DNA from: Histomonas meleagridis 2922-C6/04-290x
Taxonomy: Eukaryota; Protista; Parabasalia
Assembly (NCBI GenBank): GCA_020184695.1
Contig: JAANOX010000063.1
Location: 1 to 64,000, forward strand
Direction of reading: 5' to 3'
Length of the DNA stretch: 64,000 bases
This document shows positions 10,215-20,119 of this stretch, one piece after another. The notes under the pieces were generated by a model. That model was not told the DNA's origin, searched no databases, and saw only the letters and a program-made list of their open reading frames with translations. The position numbers and the translations under genes are program-made. Position 1 is the first letter of the stretch, and each line of letters begins with the position of its first letter.

Positions 10215-12401
10215 TTACTTCTTTTCTCTTTTTCTAAATTTCTTTGATTCCTCATAGAATTTTCTACTTTTTTCAATTATTTGCAATGATTTATTTTCCA
10301 TTTCGTTCAATTTCTCAGTTATTTTATGCGCGTTTATTAAAAGTTCTTGTAACATATTTGCAGTATCATTGATGTCTTTAGTTATTCTTTGATGATGAAA
10401 TGCTTTTCCTATGTCAACAATAGTTTTCTTTGTCGGAGTTCCCAAAAGTTTATCACGTTTTCTTTTCGTATCCAAAACAATTGGCGGATTATCTGGTGAA
10501 AGTTTATGCTTCACAATATCTTTTGCATAAACAGTTACTTTACCATTCGACATAACAACTGCTCCGACATAAGGTATAAGTTTTATAACAGCGTTTTGAT
10601 CTGTTATTGGAAGGAAACTATGAATTTCATGTTTAACATTCGGTAAATATAAAATTTCGATACGATTTGTATATAACAATAAAAGAGAACCCCAATCAGT
10701 AACAGTTGCATCTATTGGTGCTTCTTTAAACTTCATTTTAATAAGAAGTTTCATACTAATTGGTTCGATAGTCTTTATTGAAGTACTCGAAACAATAAGT
10801 AAATAATTATCTTTATCATTTGTAGATATTTTCCCATCGATTCCAATGATATCCATAAAAAGAAGTTTCGATTTTTTAACAAGAAATTTCTTGATGGATT
10901 TATCACCAATTTTTAATGTGTTATCATGAGTTATTTGAGCAAAAATTCTTTGGTCAACATTAACTTTAGAAATAACACACCAAGAAATAGTATCACTATT
11001 AATCCCAGGACTATCGACATATTCGAACGAAAAACTACGAGAATGAAGATCAATAACAAACATTTTATTATTAGTTAAAACAATATAAAGATGATCACGT
11101 GATGAATGTGTACAAAATATTTCACCAGGAAGATTAAAAAGTGATGTCTCATCATCATCAATTGGATCGAAAAGAATCAAATTATTATTTTTAAGACACA
11201 AAAAATTGGAATTCTTAAAAGCAAGAGGAAAAGTACATTGGAATGATACCTTTTTAAAATAAGTAAACTCACGAAAAACATAAAAATCACATCCATTAGT
11301 TATATTATTATGTTCGACAATGAATAAATTATTACCGTCGAGATAAGGAACAAAGTTTTGTTCAATTATAGGGATGAATGTATCACGATTACGATTTTCA
11401 TCATTTAAAAATATTAATGAACCATTAGTAGTAGCAAAAACAAGTGATTGAGCACCAATTTTATCAAAATATTCCGAATAATCGATAAGAAGATTCGGAA
11501 CTATAAAATCATTAGTTAATTCCTTATAAAGCTTATTGTTAATATATATTTGATCGAAGTCATCATATCGAAACACATTAATCCATTGATTATTATCATC
11601 AATATATGATGAATAAATACATTTCGAATCTGATGGCGTTTTAAATGTTGTTTCTTCTTTGCCTTTTTTTAGTAGCTTAGATAAACCTTCTTCAGTAATA
11701 ACAGATGAATAATCGCCGTGAATATCAATAGAAAGAACTTTTTCATCGGAATATTTACTAATTTGACAGTTTTGAAGATTTAATATTTCAATTCCATTTT
11801 CATGACAGACATAATAACAATATATATTGATGGATTGAAGACACGTGATTAAATTCGGCTTGAATGCATCAATATAAAGTTCAGTAACAGACATATCTTC
11901 AATAGAAAAGCCAAAGATTGACCCATCATTTGTTGAAAAAAGTAAATATAATGGATTGAATGGTGAAAGCGCTGCAGAGGTAATGTTTTGTTTGATGTTT
12001 TCTGTCCGAATTTTAATGTTTTGATTTTCTATAACCCAATGTGTGATTTGTGAATAGTTTGGAAATTGAGATTTTGAATACTTATCACGAAACTCAGCGA
12101 TTTTTTGGTGTGGGTGATTTTTAAATAAATAAGGCGAATAAAAAGAAACAAAAGAAGAAGTATTTGGACAAGGTATAATTGAACAAATTGGAGAACCTGT
12201 TGTGACTGTGGAGTTGATACTGTATCCATGTTCATCATACATAAAAACATATCCATTAACGGAGCCTAAAGCAATAATTTTATAACGTGGCTCATATGCA
12301 GATGACATAATTTCAGAATCACTTCCTATTTCTACAAATTGCATTTCTGCTCCTGCTTGTTCTTCATTTGGTTGGAGGGAGCTGAATTTTATGTTTTTCA
12401 T
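10215..12401 (-). CDS. WD40/beta-propeller protein with C-terminal coiled coil, tomosyn/Sro7/Lgl-like
   Basis: N-terminal AYEPRYKIIALGSVNG resembles the tomosyn/Lgl first blade; C-terminal LQELLINAHKITEKLNEMENKSLQIIEKSRKF resembles an R-SNARE-like helix. Confidence 0.55.
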   Translation of the reverse strand: MKNIKFSSLQPNEEQAGAEMQFVEIGSDSEIMSSAYEPRYKIIALGSVNGYVFMYDEHGYSINSTVTTGSPICSIIPCPNTSSFVSFYSPYLFKNHPHQKIAEFRDKYSKSQFPNYSQITHWVIENQNIKIRTENIKQNITSAALSPFNPLYLLFSTNDGSIFGFSIEDMSVTELYIDAFKPNLITCLQSINIYCYYVCHENGIEILNLQNCQISKYSDEKVLSIDIHGDYSSVITEEGLSKLLKKGKEETTFKTPSDSKCIYSSYIDDNNQWINVFRYDDFDQIYINNKLYKELTNDFIVPNLLIDYSEYFDKIGAQSLVFATTNGSLIFLNDENRNRDTFIPIIEQNFVPYLDGNNLFIVEHNNITNGCDFYVFREFTYFKKVSFQCTFPLAFKNSNFLCLKNNNLILFDPIDDDETSLFNLPGEIFCTHSSRDHLYIVLTNNKMFVIDLHSRSFSFEYVDSPGINSDTISWCVISKVNVDQRIFAQITHDNTLKIGDKSIKKFLVKKSKLLFMDIIGIDGKISTNDKDNYLLIVSSTSIKTIEPISMKLLIKMKFKEAPIDATVTDWGSLLLLYTNRIEILYLPNVKHEIHSFLPITDQNAVIKLIPYVGAVVMSNGKVTVYAKDIVKHKLSPDNPPIVLDTKRKRDKLLGTPTKKTIVDIGKAFHHQRITKDINDTANMLQELLINAHKITEKLNEMENKSLQIIEKSRKFYEESKKFRKREKK

Positions 12402-12623
12402 TTGTTGCCAACCTCAAAAACGAATATTAACGGTCGACATACATTCCGATAAATTCCTACAGTTGTTTTAGGTTTTTTATATAAAAGGGATTCGAATGTT
12501 TATTTTACCATATTCTAATGTATTTTTTGAATTTATTTAATATTGTCAATTTGAATAATATTTTATTCAAAAGTGGTATTCCTTTTTTTTTTTATTTTAT
12601 TTTATTTTATTTTCTTAATAAAC

Positions 12624-12785
12624 ATGCAAATCGATGAAGAAGAGAATAAAAAATCTGAAGAATTAGAAACATTACTCTCTATCTACAGGATAATATTTAA
12701 TTTGGATAAAGAGAATGTTATTCAATCTTCAAATGTTATAATCAACAAAATTGATGATAATTATCCCTTATCTTTAATACATTAA
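12624..12785 (+). pseudogene. Truncated N-terminus of a trichomonad ankyrin/DUF3447-family gene
   Basis: ETLLSIYRIIFNLDKENVIQSSNVII aligns by eye with ETFTALENIIFGLNIDNFAQSSNFII at the start of the 8545 gene. Confidence 0.45.
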
Positions 12786-12967
12786 AACTATGGCTCAAAC
12801 AATGACAATTGAAAAAGAGGAAGAAAGAAAAGAGCCAAATATTTAATCACTTGAGCCCTTCGGGCGAACAAAAATAATCGTTGACAAATTTTAACTATAT
12901 AATGCTTTAACATAAAACTACATGTAGTTTTTCCTTAATTAAATCAATTTTATTCAATTGATCAATT

Positions 12968-14119
12968 TCAAATAACATTAAGTAATGTTATTAGAATGAA
13001 ACTAATGATTGTGAATGATGCCAAACTTTTCACTCTTATTCCATGGCTTGGTTCACCGCTTTCACTTTCTTCACCTCCAGTAATTTCACTTTCATCGCCA
13101 CCGTCTGGTGTTATATGGAACATTGGATCATCCTCAATTGTATATTTAATGTTACTTGGAATTCCAGATGTATCAATGAATTGTCTATTTTTATCAGACG
13201 CAAGAAGCTTCAAGCTAAAGTCACTGATATTTTCCCATTCTCCAGTGAAATTAAATCCAATTGTTGCATTTCTTTCGTAGCCATTTTGATAATAAAAACT
13301 CAAATACCAAAAATCTGGAACAATTTCAAAATAATACATATTGGATGCATCATCAAAATAAATTGTTAATGATTTAGTTTGCATTGCTCCCTCCGAAAGA
13401 ATCATGTTAATGACTGTTGGCTGATAAATATATGGTGAAATCATTAAAGAAGTTTCACTTGGAATTTGAACATCATCAACAGAAAGATTGTTTTGATTAA
13501 ATCTAATAGATTTAGTTTTCGAATTAAAATAAATTTTATTTGTTGCATGGATTTGTGGATTTTCGAATAAGCTTGTTTCATCAGTTATGAAATTGTTTAT
13601 GGTAACTTCTCCTGTAACATTGGCTTTGAGATCTAAATTTGTATCCCCAATATATACTGTATTAAATTTAATGTGATTAACAAATCTTACCCTCGTATCA
13701 AAAAACATTATATATGGTAGTGATTGTGAAACATCAGAACTTGTATTACACAATATATTTATACTTTGTCACTTTGGAAAATCAAATCCCAAAAGTTTGT
13801 TATTGAGGTTGGATAGTTCAACTGTTGTAGGCCTACAGCCAATATACATAATATCATAATTGCCAATATAATCTGAAAGAAAAAGTGAACCACTTGCTTT
13901 AGGTTTGAATTCACATGTACACGCTGAAAGAATTTCTAATGAATCGCTACACATTTTCTGGTAAAGTTCTATATCCTTATACTTTTTAGAATATTCACGG
14001 ATTTCTGCTTCATATGAAATTTCTATTGAACCTTCTTCTTCTCCATAATAAAGATAATTAAATGGAATACATGAGATCACTCCGAATAATAAAGAGAACA
14101 TAACTTGAAGAAATGCCAT
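12968..14119 (-). pseudogene. Predicted surface protein (signal peptide, acidic Gly/Ser stalk, C-terminal hydrophobic anchor) with one in-frame TGA at 13769-13771
   Basis: ORFs 13769-14119 and 12968-13753 are in the same frame (CCA AAG TGA CAA AGT ATA); hydrophobic N- and C-termini. Confidence 0.65.
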
Positions 14120-14188
14120 CTAAAGGAAAAAAATGCCACTGAAACAACTTGTATACCCAAAAAAACAAATTAATTGCAACAGAACAGA

Positions 14189-14262
14189 CTCTCGGAGATG
14201 TCCCTTCAGAAAATTTGTAATTACTTTTTCAAGTATATACACTTAAAATATTAAAAAAATTT
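14189..14262 (-). promoter_or_regulatory. Conserved ~74-bp element upstream of surface-protein genes (copies at 28571-28643, ~40093-40157 and ~44539-44613)
   Basis: 29/34 and 28/29 identical blocks versus 28571-28643; same orientation relative to the downstream ATG. Confidence 0.55.
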
Positions 14263-14636
14263 TATAGTAAAAATTATTCGTCTAGATTCGGATTATTCGA
14301 GTATATGACTTTTATATATATAAATTAAATATTTCGAAATTTGATCGAAAAATTATTTCATAATTTTTTGATGATTTATACATATTGATATGCACAATAA
14401 TATTGCTAAGTATGCTATTAGGTTTTTTCTAAAATAAATATTATTGATTTTGAGAAAAAGTACATTTATTATGAAAATTTACATGCCGAAAGATCATCAA
14501 GACTCTAGAAACTCACCCTTTTTTTTCTTTTAAAAATTTTATATGAGAATTTACATATTTTATATTTTATTAGTTTGAAATATTTATGGATTTCTTATGC
14601 TGAATTTCGAAAAAAAGTATTATTTTGCACGACGGT

Positions 14637-15467
14637 TTAAAACCGTAATTTATTATTCAAATATTTACGGTTATAAACTTTTTGTATGAAAAATAATCGT
14701 TGGTAGAAAAAAACATGTTTATTATCTGCATCCGGAAGAAGACCACTCCCTATTTTAATTTGTTCGAAGTATATATCTGAACTGACAGGCCCTTCAATGA
14801 AGACCAGTTTTGATTTAAAATTTAAACCAGGGGCACCCCAAATCATTACCTTTTTTGGGTGTGCTACTTTTTCTGCACATACCATTGGAGAATAGTCATC
14901 TACATGCCGCCATTACCATCTACGGTTTCGATCTAATTCAAACCAACTTTCATCAGAAAACACTACGTTATGAAAAGTTGTTCCGTTCTGAATATGAAAT
15001 TGACACCAATTAACCCTTGCAATTTTAACATGATCGCTTAACTTAACTACAGATCTAGGTGGCGCATATTTTATTTTCAGTTTCTTCCTAGCTGAACCAA
15101 CAGTATTAGCTGAACAGTGTTTGATGTCAGGAAAAGTTTCAACCAATAAATCAGCAAGTTGTTCATTCGTAATATAATGATTATTTAATGTTTGGACCTC
15201 AATAAATATTTCATGGTGCTTTTTGATGATTGGTTCTGGTCCAGATTTTGCAATATAAAGAGGAGGATGTTGGATGAAATTTAAAGCTGTTTTCACAGTA
15301 TTATATGTACATCCTACATATGAGGCAGTTTTATAAATGTTCCCATTAAACTGTTCGATGCATAGTTTTCTTAAAAAATTATAGCGATCTTGAATCTGCA
15401 TAGACATGATAGCCTTGTACATTTATTGATTGAAAAATTGAACTGTTAACCGATTTTGAGCTCACTA
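14637..15467 (-). mobile_element. Tc1/IS630-like DNA transposon, 3'-truncated, one in-frame stop
   Basis: VVFSDESWFELDRNRRW*W..KVMIWGA..FIEGPVSSDIY; 5' end TA|TAGTG at 15463-15469 matches the terminus of the element at 18473. Confidence 0.8.
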
Positions 15468-15469
15468 TA

Positions 15470-16330
15470 AATTATCTTGATCTATCGAAAATTTAATGAG
15501 AAGAAATTTAGATATAATAATTCTATGCCAAAAGAAAAAGCCATTATTGCTTTTGATGCTGTTAGTGTAACAAAATCTTCAAAAAATTACAAAATGGGAT
15601 AGTTTCAGGTATGTTAAAAATTTTTAATGTTACCCAAGAGGAACTTAATACAATTCGAAACTCTTATTAAAAATTTGAACAATTTATTATAAATAACTCC
15701 AAAAATTCTATTAATTCTGCTTTTGTTTTTCAACTTCAGCCAATTAACCATTCAAATCCTTGTATTATAATTCATGTGATTCCTTCAAATTGTAGTAAAG
15801 CCAATACAAACATTATTAAAAAAATTAGATGAATTAAAAATTATTATTGAGAATCATACTAATTTCAGTATAATTGCATATGCTTCTGATGGTGATGATT
15901 CTTATCGGTACTTTTTGAGAGAACAAGTTTTAAATGATAAAAATAATTCATCGATATTATTTTATTAAGATTATTTACACTTATCAAAAAGAAGTAGATT
16001 ATGGTTTTTAAACCATTTAAATCAATATACACCAGATATCAATCAATTCGAAAATAATTTTCGCAATGAATACAATTTACCATCAATCATTATGTCAGAC
16101 AAAAATGCATGATTCTTTACCAATTGAACTATTTGGCATTTATACATTTATTAAATCTTTCGACAAATCTCATAATCAAATTTTTCAATATTTTTTCCCA
16201 TGGTCACTTTTTATTATTTCAATCAATAACGATCACATTTCTGTCAAAAGTAGATGTAAATATCTGAAACTCGCAAGAAGGGGCGACAATAATTTCCTAT
16301 GAACAAAATTCATAGTAATTTCAAAAATAA
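15470..16330 (+). mobile_element. Degraded P-element/THAP9-like transposase relic
   Basis: Broken frames give IIAFDAVS, IAYASDGDDSY, DYLHLSKRSR and KMHDSLPIELF, paralleling the relic at 16473-18400. Confidence 0.5.
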
Positions 16331-16472
16331 ACTCTCTGTATATCAGTTAATTCACGAAAATTCGATATTTTTGAAATTCCATCGTAACGTTTTGCAAAAA
16401 TGTTGTTTGTATATTTCAATGCACGATGAGAATTTCTAATGTTTATTTTGTACGTTAAAACAAAGTTGCTGG

Positions 16473-18400
16473 GTGAAACCAACATGTACTAGGGGTTTTA
16501 AACAAAGAACGAATGATTCTCAAGATGCAATTGATGCTCAACTGCGATGCCAAGTTTTACGTTTTCAAGAAGAGGTTAAAAATTTAAGAAAATCATTAAA
16601 TTCACATTCATCCAAATACAAGCAATTATGGAAAGAAAACGAAAAATTAAAAAAGATATTCAGTTATTACATTCCAAAACTGAGCTTTTGCATACTATAG
16701 AAAATAATTGCTTTTTAAAAAATGCATGTCGATTCTTTTCCAACAAAGAGATATAACAAATAAGCTATACCTGATTACATTTGTATGTCTAATATGGGGC
16801 AGTCGTTATGGATGTCAATGGAGTGCAATTTGGGATTCCCTTGTTGGAGAACAATCCAACGTTGAAAAAATGAAGTATTTAAAAAGTTGAATATTACAAA
16901 TAAAGTGTTTGATGGGAGTATTCAACATATAGACCATCTTCTGAAAATGTTTTTAGATGAAAATTATTCCCAAAATAATCTTGATATAATGCTAGCAGTT
17001 GATGCAGCTGGTATATAACCAAATGTTATCATACATAAAGACGGATTTATTGAAGGTTTAATAGATGAATATTATATTGACAGAGATATAGCTGATCATT
17101 TGAGATCATCTTCAGATGCATTAATATCATTTATAAATAAAAACAGACAAGGTATTATTAATGATTATTTTGTTAATTATATATGTCCAATATCTTCCAG
17201 AAATGATGGTTTCCCAATATGTATAAAATCAGAAGAAAATGGTACATCTGACAATGAAATTATATTTCAATTAGAAATAATTGCAATTTTGCTTGGTGAC
17301 TTGAGTATAAATGTTGTTGGCATATCATTTGACGGAGATACTTATTATTTAAAGTATGTTAAATCTATTTGTGATCGATTTCAAAATTTTATTATTTATT
17401 GTTCTTTACCCAATTTAATAGATAATTTAAACATGTCTCTTGTTTTTGAAGATATGCTCCATCTTGTAAAATGCATAAGGTATAGAATCGTATGCGGAAG
17501 TTATATTTGTGTTTTACCTGATAAAGATTTGATTATTAACATATAAGATTATATTGATGTTGGTATTCCAGAATTTATTTTGGATGGTAGTCATAGTAAA
17601 AAGATGGATGATATGCAACCAATAATGTTATTTTCTGATAATAACATTTTCAGAGCATTTAAAACGAACAAATTAGTATTAATATCACTTATTCCTGCAA
17701 CATTACTTATTAAGTTTGTTATGGATAGAAATTTAAGAAGAACTCAAAGGATTGAATGCTTATCATTATGTTGGGTATTAATGTATCTTTATAAAGAAAC
17801 TTATAATATAAAAATACGAGATCGAAAACAGACACACACAATGTCAGAAGGAAAAAACCCTCGCATGTGTATATACGATATAAATATTATTGATAAAGTG
17901 ATGTCACTTGTATATTCTTTAAGTAATATTATTTGTCAAAACAAAGATATTCATCTTGGTACCTTCGGTACTCATTGGCTTGAGCATTTTTTTGGCCAAG
18001 TTAGGAGGTTGTGTCATTATAATCATAGTGCAACCAATTTTATGCATAAGAAAATATATATATACCAAATAAAGACATAAAAATATCGAAAAGAATTTCA
18101 TATAGTTTCGCATTTCTTAATAAAGATGAAGAAATTCTACATTTTGAAATTTCTAAATACATCAAGGAAGCTGCGACAATTCTTGAATTAGATCAAAATC
18201 TGATTTCTGAAAAAATGAAAACATTATTTCATACAATAAATGAAACAATTACTGATGAAATTTCTCTAAATGACTTTATATATAAGTATTTTCAAATAAT
18301 TAATGATAAAAAATGAGTATCAATAAGAAATTCAAGACTTGTATCATCAACTGGATATGCTACCATTAGAAGAAATGTTGAATCATCGCAATTGACTTAG
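16473..18400 (+). mobile_element. P-element/THAP9-like transposase, fragmented
   Basis: Ordered motifs: N-terminal coiled coil, LAVDAAG, GISFDGD, EDMLHLVKCIRYR, KKMDD and THWLEHFFGQVR (D, D, DxxH, E pattern of P-like transposases). Confidence 0.6.
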
Positions 18401-18472
18401 TTAATTTTTCTTCTTATTCGTTTTTATAATATTAAGCGGCTTCACCGTCCGACCAGATAGACTCAAATAATA

Positions 18473-19722
18473 TAGTGGAAGACATTGCGGTTGAACCTCA
18501 CAAAATCACTGTTTGTATGAAACAAATTAATAAACGGCATTTGTCAAATGAAAAGTTTTATAAAATCTATTCCTATTGCGCAAAGATACGCATACATCAG
18601 ACACGTTTACATTACGCTGGGTGGGAATATAAACCTGAATCAAAAAGTTTTAGATATTTCCAAAAATACTATATATGATACATTATCAAATCTAATGCCA
18701 ACGCAAAGAATTTATGAGAAAAAAATCAAAGATGTTTATTCGGTGTACATTCACTGCAGAACAATTGAAGATCCTCATATATCTGGTGAAAAATTAGCTC
18801 ATGAATTATATGAATTTTTTGGATTGAAAATTTCAGGTAGAACTGTGAATAGGCATAGAAGGGAAAATGGTCTAATTTAAAGATTACCAATTCGATCCGT
18901 ATATATCACAGCTGCAGCTCAGAATAGATATGAATTTACAAAATTTCATATTGTAAATAATACAAATTTTTTGAAAACTGTGTTTACTGATGAATCGTGG
19001 TTTATTTTGGGACGAAATAAACGCTGGGTTTGGGTTGACAAAACTCAGATAACCAATGAAGTCTTATCGAATCAAAAATCGCATTCATCAAAAATTATGA
19101 TATGGGGTGGCATTGGATATCAATTTAAAACGGACTTGGTAATCATTGAAGGAACACTGAACTCAGAGAATTATATTGAACAAATAATTTTCGGTTCTAA
19201 TTTAATTGAAGATACAGATAAAACGTACGGGATCGGCGAATGGACACGCATGCAGGACAATGCTCGTCCTCTTATTTCCAAAGAAACAATGTGCGTTTTA
19301 AATGAATTGGAGATAAATATTTCGAAAGATTGGCCTCCATATAGCTCAGACTTGAACATTATTGTAATAGTCTGCGCAATTATGGAAACCAGAGTAGAAG
19401 CACTTCAGCCCAAAACCATTGATGGTTTGGTAAGAATTGTAAAGGATGTTTGGAAGGCCCTCCAATGGCAGACGATAAACGGACTTGTCATGAGTATTTA
19501 AAAGAGGCTGAGAATTGTAAATGCCACCCCAGATCGAACGATTTTTAGACTTTATGGAGATCCAGAATAACTTTTTCAATGATTTTCAATAAAACCATTT
19601 TGATTTGAATGAGACATATTCTTTGAACATTTGATAGAAATGTAAAGTTGTGAAAATATATGTAAACATTTCGAAAAATAGCTTTATGAGAAAAAAAAAT
19701 TCAATCGACGTGTCTCCCACTA
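18473..19722 (+). mobile_element. Full-length Tc1-like element (1250 bp) with TIRs and TA target duplication; transposase inactivated
   Basis: TIRs 18473-18495 and 19700-19722 (18/23 match), TA at 18471-72 and 19723-24; ORF 18548-19501 has an in-frame TAA at 18878; FTDES, MQDNARP and WPPYSSDLNIIV (catalytic E replaced by V). Confidence 0.9.
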
Positions 19723-20119
19723 TAATATCGAAAAAATGGTTTATTGAATTCAATTGTAAGGTTATATATTTCAATGTGAAAGATCCACTTTTTGAATCCA
19801 TCATGAATGAAATTAGGGAAATTTCTGGAAAAAAACAAAATAATAATAATGATACTATATGCAGCACAAAAGACATGACGTTGAATCCATCTTCTCAATT
19901 TAATATACGAGGAAGACAAGAAATGGATCAATCTGGAAGAAAATTTTGTGCTTGGACAAAAAAAGAAGAAAAAAACTCACCGATTTAAACAGCGACTTTG
20001 ATGATGATTTCAATTCATTTATGAAATATTTTCCTGATCGCTCTCCAGAGTCAAAAAAAAAAAAAAAAAAAAACAAGAATGAACGTTAAGTTAAATTCTT
20101 AACTTTATTTCCCATTTTT

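Noticed and set aside
13769-18880. Alternative genetic code suggested by isolated in-frame stops (13769 TGA, 14913 TAA, 18878 TAA)
   Set aside because: The stops differ, two lie in decayed transposons, and TAA, TGA and TAG all terminate conserved genes normally
19650-20075. Myb-like fragment (GRKFCAWTKKEEK) followed by a poly-A run, suggesting a retrocopy
   Set aside because: Only one Trp motif, frameshifted, no TSD; similar A/T runs occur elsewhere (6241, 41799, 44056)
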